Source of the DNA: a virus
Taxonomy: Duplodnaviria > Caudoviricetes
Length of the DNA stretch: 64,000 nucleotides
Strand: one strand, 5' to 3'
Virus record (IMG/VR): IMGVR_UViG_3300028374_000002
Location: 64,001-128,000 of that record
The translations under genes and the position numbers were made by a program. How positions within the stretch are numbered: position 1 is the first letter of the stretch; every line of letters begins with the position of its first letter. Below the pieces are notes generated by a model. The model ran no database searches and was not told the origin of the DNA. It saw only the letters and a program-made list of their open reading frames with translations. Positions 1-9,672 of the stretch are shown here, piece by piece.

Positions 1-1
1 C

Positions 2-229
2 CCAGAAGTAAATGGTAGAATAGATATAGAGGAAAATCCAGTAGATTTATTAGTACATACTTTCATTGATAATGCTGATAGCTTTATGATAGAAGATTTT
101 AACGACTATGAAATAGTTAGAAACAGAGATACTGTTATGTTAGATAGGCTTCAAACATTTATTAGAGATAACGATTTAGAGATGCCTAATTTGGATAACA
201 TTAAAGAACACTATAAAATAATAGAATAA
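2..229 (+). CDS. C-terminal part of an LRR-array protein (copy 0, truncated by the window edge)
   Basis: Translates PEVNGRIDIEENPVDLLVHTF...DRLQTFIRDNDLEMPNLDNIKEHYKIIE*, the same C-terminal cap as the six downstream paralogues. Confidence 0.9.
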   Translation, partial: PEVNGRIDIEENPVDLLVHTFIDNADSFMIEDFNDYEIVRNRDTVMLDRLQTFIRDNDLEMPNLDNIKEHYKIIE

Positions 230-230
230 A

Positions 231-899
231 ATGAAACATATAAAACCTTATAAAATATTCGAGAGCAATAGTCCTAAATTTCCAACTACAAGAGAGGAAG
301 TTATACAAGTGTGTAAAAAGTATAAAATAATAGATTATACTATTAATGATGATTTAAGTATTGATGTTGATGGTGATGTTGAATTATATAGACAAAGATT
401 AGAATATCTACCACTTAAATTTAATTATGTAAGTGGTAATTTTAATTGTTTTGTTAATAAATTAAAAACATTAGAAGGTAGTCCACAAACAGTATTTGGA
501 TATTTTAACTGTGGTGGCAATGAATTAAAATCGTTAGAAGGTAGTCCACAAACAGTAGGTGGGCGTTTTAATTGTTATTTTAATGAGTTAGTATCATTAG
601 AAGGTAGTCCACAAACAGTAGATGGTGATTTTGATTGTTCCTATAATGAATTAAAAGACTTAGAACATTTCCCAGAAGTAAATGGAACTATAGATATAGA
701 AGATAATATAGTATATTGTTTAGTATATACCTTTATTAATAAAGCGGATAGCTTTATGATAGAAGATTTTATAGACTATGAAATAGTTAGAAACAGAGAT
801 ACTGTTATGTTAGATAGGCTTCAAACTTTTATAAGAGATAACGATTTAGAAATGCCTAATCTGGAAGAAATTAAAAAAGACTATAAAATAATAGAATAA
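231..899 (+). CDS. Leucine-rich repeat protein, copy 1 (4 repeats)
   Basis: 21-aa units xFxCxxNxLxxLEGSPQTVxG between a conserved N-cap (MKHIKPYKIFE...) and C-cap (...YKIIE). Confidence 0.85.
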   Translation: MKHIKPYKIFESNSPKFPTTREEVIQVCKKYKIIDYTINDDLSIDVDGDVELYRQRLEYLPLKFNYVSGNFNCFVNKLKTLEGSPQTVFGYFNCGGNELKSLEGSPQTVGGRFNCYFNELVSLEGSPQTVDGDFDCSYNELKDLEHFPEVNGTIDIEDNIVYCLVYTFINKADSFMIEDFIDYEIVRNRDTVMLDRLQTFIRDNDLEMPNLEEIKKDYKIIE

Positions 900-901
900 A
901 C

Positions 902-1951
902 ATGAAACATATAAAACCTTATAAAATATTCGAGAATAAAAGTCCTAACTTCCCAACTACAAGGGATGAAGTTATAGAAGTGTGTAAAAGATATGGTATA
1001 GAAGACTACACTATTAATGATAATTTAAGCATTGATGTTGATGGTGATGTTGATTTAGGGAGGGTATACTTAGAATATTTACCACTTAAATTTAATTATG
1101 TGAGTGGTTATTTTGATTGTAATTATAATGAATTAAAGACATTAGAAGGTTGTCCAACAACAGTAGGGGGTAGCTTTTATTGCTATGGTAATCAATTAGA
1201 GACATTAGAAGGTTGTCCACAAACAATAGGTGGTGATTTTTATTGTAACATCAATATTTTAGAAACATTAGAAGGTTGTCCACAAACAGTAGAGGGTTAT
1301 TTTGATTGTAGCCATAATGGATTAACGTCATTAGAAGGTAGTCCACAAACAGTAACTGGGGGTTTTGGTTGTTCTAGCAATGAATTAACAACATTAAAAG
1401 GTTGTCCACAAACAGCGGGTAAGTATTTTGATTGCTCTTCTAATAAAAAATTAAAATCATTGAAGGGTTGTCCACAAAAAGTAGAGGGGGATTTTAATTG
1501 TAGTGGAAATAACTTAAAAACATTAGAAGGTGGCCCACAGACAGTGGGTGGTAATTTTCAGTGTTATTATAATAGTTTGGAAACATTAAAAGGTTGTCTA
1601 CAAACAGTAGATGGGGATTTTAATTGTCATTTTAATAAATTAGAAACACTAGAGGGTGGTCCACAAACAGTAAATGGGAATTTTCGTTGTTTTAATAATA
1701 AATTAAAAGACTTAGAACACTTCCCAGAAGTAAATGGTAGAATAGATATAAAGAAAAACACAGTAAATTTATTAGTATATACCTTTATTGAAAATGCTGA
1801 TAGTTTTATCGTAGAAGATTTTAACGACTATGAAATAGTTAGAAACAGAGATACTGTTATGTTAGATAGGCTTCAAACATTTATTAGAGATAACGATTTA
1901 GAGATGCCTAATTTGGATAACATTAAAGAACACTATAAAATAATAGAATAA
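902..1951 (+). CDS. Leucine-rich repeat protein, copy 2 (10 repeats)
   Basis: Ten FxCxxN-LxxLxG-PQTV units; same caps. Confidence 0.85.
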   Translation: MKHIKPYKIFENKSPNFPTTRDEVIEVCKRYGIEDYTINDNLSIDVDGDVDLGRVYLEYLPLKFNYVSGYFDCNYNELKTLEGCPTTVGGSFYCYGNQLETLEGCPQTIGGDFYCNINILETLEGCPQTVEGYFDCSHNGLTSLEGSPQTVTGGFGCSSNELTTLKGCPQTAGKYFDCSSNKKLKSLKGCPQKVEGDFNCSGNNLKTLEGGPQTVGGNFQCYYNSLETLKGCLQTVDGDFNCHFNKLETLEGGPQTVNGNFRCFNNKLKDLEHFPEVNGRIDIKKNTVNLLVYTFIENADSFIVEDFNDYEIVRNRDTVMLDRLQTFIRDNDLEMPNLDNIKEHYKIIE

Positions 1952-1952
1952 A

Positions 1953-2684
1953 ATGAAACATATAAAACCTTATAAAATATTCGAGAATAAAAGTCCTAAC
2001 TTCCCAACTACAAGAGAGGAAGTTATACAAGTGTGTGAAAAGTATGAAATAGAAAATTATACCATAAACGATGATTTAAGTATTGGTGTTGATGGTAGTG
2101 TATATTTAGAGAAGAAAAAATTAGAATACTTACCACTTAAATTTAATTATGTGAGTGGTAATTTTTATTGTCATCATAATAAATTAAAATCGTTAGAAGG
2201 TAGTCCACAAACAGTAGAGGGGGATTTTAAATGTGCTTATAATAAATTAAAGACATTAGAAGATAGCCCACAAACAGTAGGTGGGCGTTTTATTTGTTAT
2301 TTTAATGAGTTAGTATCATTAGAAGGTAGTCCACAAACAGTAGATGGTGATTTTGATTGTTCCTATAATGAATTAGAAACACTAGAGGGTGGTTCACAAA
2401 CAGTAAATGGTAATTTTGATTGTTATAGTAATGAATTAAAGGACTTAGAACATTTCCCAGAAGTAAATGGAACTATAGATATGGGGGCAAATCTAGTAAA
2501 TCTATTAGTATATACTTTTATTGAAAATGCTGATATCTTTATGATAGAAGATTTTATAGATTATGAAATAGTTAGAAATAGAGATACTGTTATGTTTGAC
2601 AGATTAGAAACTTTTATAAGAGATAATGATTTAAAAATGCCTGATTTGGAAGAAATTAAAAAACACTATAAAATAATAGAATAA
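1953..2684 (+). CDS. Leucine-rich repeat protein, copy 3 (5 repeats)
   Basis: Five repeat units; same caps. Confidence 0.85.
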   Translation: MKHIKPYKIFENKSPNFPTTREEVIQVCEKYEIENYTINDDLSIGVDGSVYLEKKKLEYLPLKFNYVSGNFYCHHNKLKSLEGSPQTVEGDFKCAYNKLKTLEDSPQTVGGRFICYFNELVSLEGSPQTVDGDFDCSYNELETLEGGSQTVNGNFDCYSNELKDLEHFPEVNGTIDMGANLVNLLVYTFIENADIFMIEDFIDYEIVRNRDTVMFDRLETFIRDNDLKMPDLEEIKKHYKIIE

Positions 2685-2686
2685 AC

Positions 2687-3484
2687 ATGAAACATATAAA
2701 ACCTTATAAAATATTCGAGAGCAATGGGCCTAACTTTCCAACTACAAAAGAGGAGGTTATAGAAGTGTGTAAAAAGTATAAAATAATAGATTATACTATT
2801 AATGATGATTTAAGTATTGATGTTGATAGTTATGTTAGATTAGATAGTAAAAATTTAGAATACTTACCACTTAGATTTAATTATGTGAGTGGTGGATTTT
2901 CTTGTTGTAGAAATATATTAGTATCGTTAGAAGGTAGTCCACAAACAGTAGGTGGTGATTTTGACTGTCAAGGTAATGAATTAAAAACATTAGAAGGTAG
3001 TCCACAAACAGTGGGTACTAACTTTGAATGTTCTTATAATAACAAACTAGAAACATTAGAAGGTTGTCCACAAACAGTTGGTGGTTATTTTGGTTGTTCA
3101 CTTAATGAATTAAAATCATTAAAAGGTTGTCCACAAACAGTAGGTGGTGATTTTGATTGTTTTGGAAATGAATTAAAATCATTAGAAGGTTGTCCATCGG
3201 TAGTTAATGGTAATTTTAATTGTTCTTTTAATAAATTAAAAGATTTAGAACACATATCAGAAGTAAGTGGTAATATAGACATAAGACACAATGTAGTATA
3301 TTTACTGATGTATACCTTCATTGATAAAGCTGATAGCTTTATGATAGAAGATTTTATAGACTATGAAATAGTTAGAAATAGAGATACTGTTATGTTAGAT
3401 AGGCTTCAAACATTTATTAGAGATAACGATTTAGAGATGCCTAATTTGGATAACATTAAAGAACACTATAAAATAATAGAATAA
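2687..3484 (+). CDS. Leucine-rich repeat protein, copy 4 (6 repeats)
   Basis: Six repeat units; same caps. Confidence 0.85.
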   Translation: MKHIKPYKIFESNGPNFPTTKEEVIEVCKKYKIIDYTINDDLSIDVDSYVRLDSKNLEYLPLRFNYVSGGFSCCRNILVSLEGSPQTVGGDFDCQGNELKTLEGSPQTVGTNFECSYNNKLETLEGCPQTVGGYFGCSLNELKSLKGCPQTVGGDFDCFGNELKSLEGCPSVVNGNFNCSFNKLKDLEHISEVSGNIDIRHNVVYLLMYTFIDKADSFMIEDFIDYEIVRNRDTVMLDRLQTFIRDNDLEMPNLDNIKEHYKIIE

Positions 3485-3486
3485 AC

Positions 3487-4098
3487 ATGAAACATATAAA
3501 ACCTTATAAGATATTCGAGAGTGTTGGTCCTAACTTCCCAACTACAAGAAAGGAAGTTATACAAGTGTGTAATGGGTATAGAATAAAAAACTATACTATT
3601 AATGATGATTTAAGTATCGATGTTGATGGTGATGTTCATTTATATAGTAAAAATTTAGAATACTTACCACTTAGATTTAGTTATGTGAGTGGTGCATTTC
3701 TATGTTATGATAATGAATTAAAAACATTAGAAGGTTGTCCACAAACAGTAGGTAGGTCTTTTTCCTGTTCTAATAATTTTTTAGTATCGTTGAAAGGATG
3801 TCCACAAACAGTACGTGGTAGTTTTAATTGCTCTTATAATAAAATAACAGACTTAGAACACTTTCCAGAAGATAGTCAGGTCATATACATAGAAAATAAT
3901 CCAATATACAATCTAATAAATACGTTTATTTTTAAACCAAAAACTGATAGCTTTATGATAGAAGACTTTATAGATTATGAAATAGTTAGAAACAGAGATA
4001 CTGTTATGTTAGATAGACTTCAAACATTCATTAGAGATAACGATTTAGAAATGCCTGACTTAGAAGAAATTAAAAAAAAATATAAAATAATAGAATAG
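3487..4098 (+). CDS. Leucine-rich repeat protein, copy 5 (3 repeats)
   Basis: Three repeat units; same caps. Confidence 0.85.
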   Translation: MKHIKPYKIFESVGPNFPTTRKEVIQVCNGYRIKNYTINDDLSIDVDGDVHLYSKNLEYLPLRFSYVSGAFLCYDNELKTLEGCPQTVGRSFSCSNNFLVSLKGCPQTVRGSFNCSYNKITDLEHFPEDSQVIYIENNPIYNLINTFIFKPKTDSFMIEDFIDYEIVRNRDTVMLDRLQTFIRDNDLEMPDLEEIKKKYKIIE

Positions 4099-4100
4099 AC

Positions 4101-4832
4101 ATGAAACATATAAAACCTTATAAGATATTCGAAAGCAATGGTCCTAAATTTCCAACTACAAGAGAGGAAGTTATACAAGTGTGTAAAAAGTATAAAATAA
4201 TAGATTATACTATTAATGATGATTTGAGCATTGATGTTGATGGTGGTGTATATTTAAACAGAAGATACTTAGAATATTTACCACTTAAATTTAATTATGT
4301 GAGTGGTAATTTTTATTGTCATCATAATAAATTAAAATCGTTAGAAGGTAGTCCACAAACAGTAGAGGGGGATTTTAAATGTTATTTTAATAAATTAAAG
4401 ACATTAGAAGGATGTCCACAAACGATTAGTGGTAGTTTTAATTGCTCTGATAATTATTTGAAACTATTAAAAGGTTGTCCACAAACAGTAGATGGTAGCT
4501 TTGATTGTTCATATAATAAATTAATATCATTAGAGGATGGTCCACAAACAGTAGGTGGTTATTTTGAATGCGATAATAATAAATTAACTGATATGGAACA
4601 CTTCCCAGAAGTAAATGGTCCTATAATCATAGATGGGAATCCAGTAAACTCTTTAATATTTACCTTTATCAAAAACGCAGATAGTTTTCTCATAGAAGAT
4701 TTCGTAGATTATGAAATAGTTAGAAATGGCGATACTGTTATGTTAGATAGGCTTCGAACTTTAATTAATGATAATGATTTAAAAATGCCTGACTTAGAAG
4801 GTATTAAAAAGCACTATAAAATAATAGAATAA
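4101..4832 (+). CDS. Leucine-rich repeat protein, copy 6 (5 repeats)
   Basis: Five repeat units; same caps; last gene of the array. Confidence 0.85.
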   Translation: MKHIKPYKIFESNGPKFPTTREEVIQVCKKYKIIDYTINDDLSIDVDGGVYLNRRYLEYLPLKFNYVSGNFYCHHNKLKSLEGSPQTVEGDFKCYFNKLKTLEGCPQTISGSFNCSDNYLKLLKGCPQTVDGSFDCSYNKLISLEDGPQTVGGYFECDNNKLTDMEHFPEVNGPIIIDGNPVNSLIFTFIKNADSFLIEDFVDYEIVRNGDTVMLDRLRTLINDNDLKMPDLEGIKKHYKIIE

Positions 4833-4835
4833 TGA

Positions 4836-5108
4836 TTAAATATCACTTAAATCAAAATTTGTTGTTTTTATTTTATAACAATTTGTCCAAAACTCAGTCA
4901 CAAAGTCTATAACAGTATCTGATTTAATTCTATCATTTTTATTTATCTCATTCTTTTCAGTATCACTAGAACATCTTTGGACATCAGCAATACCAGCAAA
5001 GAAGAATATATAAGCTTCTCCAATTTCTATGACATCAGTGTTTTCATAACATTCAAAATCATACTCTACATTTGAATGTCCTTCAATTTCTCTCTTAAAA
5101 TTTTTCAT
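4836..5108 (-). CDS. Hypothetical protein (likely start ATG 5108, MKNFKREIEG)
   Basis: ORF with ATG about 22 nt downstream of a TATATTTG element. Confidence 0.65.
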   Translation of the reverse strand: MKNFKREIEGHSNVEYDFECYENTDVIEIGEAYIFFFAGIADVQRCSSDTEKNEINKNDRIKSDTVIDFVTEFWTNCYKIKTTNFDLSDI

Positions 5109-5129
5109 AGTACAAATTGTTTTATAAAG

Positions 5130-5137
5130 CAAATATA
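5130..5137 (-). promoter_or_regulatory. Bacteroidota-type sigma70 -7 element TAnnTTTG (TATATTTG)
   Basis: Exact match to the consensus, intergenic, oriented toward the 5108 start. Confidence 0.55.
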
Positions 5138-5303
5138 CAACATATAATATGAAAACCTAATAAATATAGATAATAATTATAAAGGGAGGTGTTTATATTA
5201 ATATATACGTTAGCTGTTCACTGCTTATGTCGGATATCATTATGGTGTCTTAAAGATTTGATTAAGAATCAAAGATATAGGTTTAAAAATAAAAAGAATA
5301 ACT

Positions 5304-6140
5304 ATGAAAAAACAAATTTTAAATCCTAAGCCTAATGCTTGGGTCGTATCTTCTAAAGACAAAGGAAGAAAATCGATTAAAAATGGAAAAGTTTATCTAA
5401 AAAATAAAGAAAACTTTGAAATAGAATTATTTAATCCACTAAGTGAAAATATCTTAGCAGATATTAAGATAAATAAGACTTCTATTTCAGAAAATGGACT
5501 CATTGTAAAACCAGGACAAAGAGTATATTTAGACTGCTTTATTGACGACTTAAAAAAGTTTATATTTGAAACATATAATATTGAGGAATCACCAGAAGCC
5601 AAAGAAGCTATTTCTAATAATGGTGTGGTTGATGTATATTTCTATAAAGAAGAAGTGAAACAATTTAACATACCATTGAACCAATATTGGTATGGTGGAT
5701 ATCAGAAATATCCAATTACTTACCCCCATCCCTATCCTTGGTGTACATACACTACTAATACTGGAACGAGTTTTAATTTAAATAGTGGTAATTATACATT
5801 AACTAATAATAGTTCATCTAATTCAACGTTAACTAGTGATGTTCTTGGATTAGATGTAAGTAGTAGTATTGAAACTGGAAGAGTTGAAAGGGGTGATGTT
5901 TCAAATCAAAACTTTCAAAGTGTAGAAATGGATTTCGAAAGCTATTGTATATCTTCTGTTTCTATTATGCTATTACCAGAGAGTATAAAGCCTATTGAAA
6001 TAATTAAAAAGAAAGGTAAATCAAAAAATTCAGATGGTGTTATAGAATTAATAAACAAATTACATAATTTACTTGAAAGTGATGTTATAACAGAAGAAGA
6101 ATTTTCTAATAAAAAGAAAGAACTCCTCAATAGAATATAA
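5304..6140 (+). CDS. Hypothetical protein with C-terminal SHOCT-like domain
   Basis: C-terminus IELINKLHNLLESDVITEEEFSNKKKELL matches the SHOCT pattern LxxLxxLxxxGxITEEEFxxxKxxLL. Confidence 0.6.
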   Translation: MKKQILNPKPNAWVVSSKDKGRKSIKNGKVYLKNKENFEIELFNPLSENILADIKINKTSISENGLIVKPGQRVYLDCFIDDLKKFIFETYNIEESPEAKEAISNNGVVDVYFYKEEVKQFNIPLNQYWYGGYQKYPITYPHPYPWCTYTTNTGTSFNLNSGNYTLTNNSSSNSTLTSDVLGLDVSSSIETGRVERGDVSNQNFQSVEMDFESYCISSVSIMLLPESIKPIEIIKKKGKSKNSDGVIELINKLHNLLESDVITEEEFSNKKKELLNRI

Positions 6141-6161
6141 ATTAATAATCGAACAGCTATT

Positions 6162-6192
6162 AAAAACCACTATGAACACATAGTGGTTTTTT
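6162..6192 (+). terminator. Rho-independent terminator
   Basis: AAAAACCACTATG-aaca-CATAGTGGTTTTT hairpin with T tract after the 6140 stop. Confidence 0.8.
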
Positions 6193-6218
6193 AATATATA
6201 ATAAAAATAACCATAAAT

Positions 6219-7460
6219 ATGTTCATTAAGAAATATATAGAATTCATAAAAGAGGCAAATGAGGCGAATGTCAAATTAGACATACCGAAAAAATTCACAA
6301 GACAAGATATAGAGGAATTTTTCTTAGATTTTACTGATAATGAATGGGATATGTATATAAATAAAGATATTATAGAGACAGCTCTTCTAAGAGAAGAATA
6401 TCATATAAGAGACTTAATGATAGGATTAGATGAAGAATATTACCTAGTATATGATGTGGAGTTTAGTGCTAATTCAAACACATCAAGTGATAATGTTTCT
6501 TTAATATCTGCAATAGAGTTTATTACTAACTATACAAAGTCATTAACTGATTATGATGTAGTTATAAAGATAGACAACGGTATAGTTGATGTGGATGAGA
6601 TATTCATTAATGAAAATAATGAATTTATAGATAAAAGAACAGGATCTAATTTAGGAAATTATGGGATAATCACAATAGTTGATCACTTAATAGGGAGTAT
6701 AACAGCTAAGCAGCTCTTCCAACATTATGACTTTAAATATGATTATGAGAAAGATGGTAATGTATTTGTGGATATAGCATATACCGAACTTATAAAATAT
6801 GTGAATGATGAGGATTATGAGAATATTTTAAATAATGGATATACAGAATATGAAGATTATGGAGACTATGATATGAATTTACATGATTTGCTTTCTTTAT
6901 TAAACAAAGAAAATTTTTATTTGTTAATAGACATCTTTGTAAAAGAGCAAAATGGATGGGAATCATATTATGAAAATGAGTTTAAAGAACTAAATATAGA
7001 AGAAGGTATAGATTCTATTGATAAATTTAAAAGCTTCTTATATAATGAAAGATTCCATGATACATCAGATGAAGTATTTGATACTAGTGATGATACCATA
7101 ATATCTTTAAAACTTACTATTAGAGATTTGGAATTAAGAAGATTAGAATTTGATTATTTCAAGATAGTAGAAAATGCATTTGAAAAAAAGATTTTAGAAT
7201 CAATAGGTGGTGAAGTTATTACCAAAGAAAATAAAGAATCTAGTGATAAATTTTTTAGAGTACCATATAAGCAAGAATGGGTAGAGGGATCAGATTTTGA
7301 TGTTAATGATATGACACAGTGTGATATCGATGAAATTTTTGAGGAATATATGTCAAATTCTTGGTCATATGATTTAAAAATATCAGCACCAGAATCTTCA
7401 TCAATTAATAATGATGAACTAAACCAAGGTATTAATGAATTCTTGAAAGGTATTAGCTAA
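6219..7460 (+). CDS. Acidic hypothetical protein with MFIKKYIEFIKE N-terminus
   Basis: 413-aa ORF preceded by TAATATATA (6192-6200). Confidence 0.7.
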   Translation: MFIKKYIEFIKEANEANVKLDIPKKFTRQDIEEFFLDFTDNEWDMYINKDIIETALLREEYHIRDLMIGLDEEYYLVYDVEFSANSNTSSDNVSLISAIEFITNYTKSLTDYDVVIKIDNGIVDVDEIFINENNEFIDKRTGSNLGNYGIITIVDHLIGSITAKQLFQHYDFKYDYEKDGNVFVDIAYTELIKYVNDEDYENILNNGYTEYEDYGDYDMNLHDLLSLLNKENFYLLIDIFVKEQNGWESYYENEFKELNIEEGIDSIDKFKSFLYNERFHDTSDEVFDTSDDTIISLKLTIRDLELRRLEFDYFKIVENAFEKKILESIGGEVITKENKESSDKFFRVPYKQEWVEGSDFDVNDMTQCDIDEIFEEYMSNSWSYDLKISAPESSSINNDELNQGINEFLKGIS

Positions 7461-8026
7461 TAATCAGATACATTTAAATACTCTTTAAGCTTTAAAATCA
7501 TATAGTCAGTTATCAAATCAGATGTATTTAGTGAATCTACGAATTTAGCATCAACCTTGACAGATTTACTCATAGACTCAGCCTTAGAACCATCACCACT
7601 AGCTAATCCTTCATCATAATCTCTCTCACTCAAAGGAATTATATAGCCATAATATTTATTAGTATGAGCTTTATTTATAAAGAGTGGTTTTAGTTCATCA
7701 AATAAGTAACCATCTTTTATTATTATACCAGCTTCTTCTTCTAATTCTCTTAACACTGCTTCTTCTTTAGACTCCCCCTCTTCTACACCACCACTAAGGA
7801 CTGTTATATGGTACTCCTGCCCTTCTCTATACTTATATGTCGGTATGTACTCATGGCGTATTAAAAATTGATTAGACTCTATGAAATAAGGTATACAGAC
7901 AACTAAATCCTTTTCTTCAATTATAGACCAACCTTCGTAATCAATTACTTTAATATATTCGTTATCAAAGAGAATATTATCTTTCTTTTCTTTAGGTTTC
8001 TTTTTTAAGCTAGAAAATTTGTCCAT
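7457..8026 (-). CDS. NUDIX hydrolase (ADP-ribose pyrophosphatase-like)
   Basis: Nudix box GGVEEGESKEEAVLRELEEEAGI (GX5EX7REUXEEXGU). Confidence 0.9.
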   Translation of the reverse strand: MDKFSSLKKKPKEKKDNILFDNEYIKVIDYEGWSIIEEKDLVVCIPYFIESNQFLIRHEYIPTYKYREGQEYHITVLSGGVEEGESKEEAVLRELEEEAGIIIKDGYLFDELKPLFINKAHTNKYYGYIIPLSERDYDEGLASGDGSKAESMSKSVKVDAKFVDSLNTSDLITDYMILKLKEYLNVSDY

Positions 8027-8070
8027 TATTAGATATTAATTTTACTTATATATTAAAAACAATACATTGC

Positions 8071-8649
8071 TTAACACTCAAAAGGAGGATCTCTGAACAA
8101 ATGGATGTAATCAACACCAAAAATATGCCCTAAATCTTGATGGTTTTTTAAACCACCCATCCTTATTTTTTCATTTATTATATTGAGTGGGTTGTCTAGA
8201 ACATAACCACATATCTCACCATTTTCACAACCTATTTGCTTATCATCTCTCGTAAAAATATCAATTAATAATATCTCTTCCTTGTCCCTTATTCTACCTA
8301 TTAATTTAGATATAAATCCCCTAACAACCTTTTGCTTATGTGGTATTTCAATATATCCTAGTCTATTTACCTCTATATCATTGTCATAGCAATCTCTTAG
8401 AACAAAGGTTTTATATTTATGCGAACAACTTTTTTTAATGATTATATCATAATCATTTGGAAGTCTGTCTATAACTCCGTAAATATATAAGCAAGCTGAT
8501 CCAGTTATTATATAATCTTCTATTTCTTCATCGATAGAATTATATTTATCCTTAAGAATATTAAATCTATCCAAGGAAGGCTTTAAAATAGTTTTGTCAT
8601 TAATTATAGATATTTTATAATTCCTGAAGCACTCTTTAATATTACTCAT
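8071..8649 (-). CDS. Pol-beta-type nucleotidyltransferase domain protein
   Basis: IITGSACL...PNDYDII (GS and DxD motifs) plus distal IDIF. Confidence 0.65.
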   Translation of the reverse strand: MSNIKECFRNYKISIINDKTILKPSLDRFNILKDKYNSIDEEIEDYIITGSACLYIYGVIDRLPNDYDIIIKKSCSHKYKTFVLRDCYDNDIEVNRLGYIEIPHKQKVVRGFISKLIGRIRDKEEILLIDIFTRDDKQIGCENGEICGYVLDNPLNIINEKIRMGGLKNHQDLGHIFGVDYIHLFRDPPFEC

Positions 8650-8730
8650 AATTTTATTTTTAATATGTGTTATCTAGGTATTTTCTAAACTAATTAGTAT
8701 ATCAACTCTGTTAAATGAACTACACAAACA

Positions 8731-9672
8731 TCATTCATTTTTTTTTAAATCTTCTATCTCTTTTAATAACTTCTTAATTTTATCATCAGAATCTATGTTA
8801 ATATTTTTATTAGATTCTTTGCTTTTTAGTTCACTAGCGTTAGTACTAAATAAATCCCCTTTAAAGTTAATAGTCCCATCCTGTGATAAAGTTGATATGT
8901 ATTCAAAATGAACTTGATAGTATTGATTTAGATTAACACCATTCAGTAGTTCGTGTCTATAACCATCAAAAAATGACCACAATTCTCTGCTTATATCAAC
9001 CATTCTATAATTACTAATAACTCTAGCTACTATATATTTATTGCTTCCGAACGTTTTAATCTTTAAAACCTCTCCCTCTTTATATTTTACTTTTGAGGTA
9101 AATGCAGTCTTTCTTTCTGTCTGTATTAACTTTTCTACTGTGTATATTTTAGCGTTCAGATGCTCTGGTATAAATAAGCCATTATTTACAGGTTGTATTA
9201 TTTCTTTATTACTATTTATTAAGTTTAAATACTTACCATCCATAAGTTCGTCATAACCAGGAACTCTATTGTATTTAGTACCTTTTCTATTATCAAATTT
9301 GAAATGCCTTAACAAGATATTACATAGGTGGTTAAATGTCTGTGGGGCTACCTCTGGTAACTTTGACAACCCAGTACCATAGCCACCACTAGAAAATACG
9401 ATTGTGTTTCCCTCTAGTGCAAGTTTTTTTAATCTTAATACATCATCATCAATTTTTTGAGTATTAGATTTTAAATCTTTATCATTATAGAAAGATAGTG
9501 GCTTATTATTAGGTCCTATTTTAGTTCTGATTCCAAAGGTATTATCCAGACCTCTTATTACAGCTTGTCCACCTTTCCCAACCCTAGCGTTATTATCACC
9601 AAATACAAAAATATCACGACTACCAAGTACATCCTTCCTCTGCCAATTCCCCTCAAATATTTTTATCTTCAT
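8731..9672 (-). CDS. Macro-domain-like (ADP-ribose-binding fold) protein with C-terminal extension
   Basis: IFVFGDN..RVGKGGQAVIR..NTFGIRTK and IVFSSGGYGTGLSKL resemble phage macro-like families. Confidence 0.5.
   Translation of the reverse strand: MKIKIFEGNWQRKDVLGSRDIFVFGDNNARVGKGGQAVIRGLDNTFGIRTKIGPNNKPLSFYNDKDLKSNTQKIDDDVLRLKKLALEGNTIVFSSGGYGTGLSKLPEVAPQTFNHLCNILLRHFKFDNRKGTKYNRVPGYDELMDGKYLNLINSNKEIIQPVNNGLFIPEHLNAKIYTVEKLIQTERKTAFTSKVKYKEGEVLKIKTFGSNKYIVARVISNYRMVDISRELWSFFDGYRHELLNGVNLNQYYQVHFEYISTLSQDGTINFKGDLFSTNASELKSKESNKNINIDSDDKIKKLLKEIEDLKKNE

Larger units (their letters stand above)
1..4832 (+). repeat. Tandem gene array of at least 7 LRR paralogues with internal 63-bp repeats
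   Basis: Genes separated by 1-2 nt; recurring core TTAGAAGGTwGTCCACAAACAGT; identical blocks of 85-175 nt shared between non-adjacent copies. Confidence 0.95.

Noticed and set aside
1-4832. CRISPR array or diversity-generating retroelement as the explanation of the repeats
   Set aside because: The repeats are in-frame 63-bp coding units with no unique spacers. Differences between copies are not adenine-specific in any pattern I could see, and no reverse transcriptase or non-coding template repeat is in the window (one outside it cannot be excluded).
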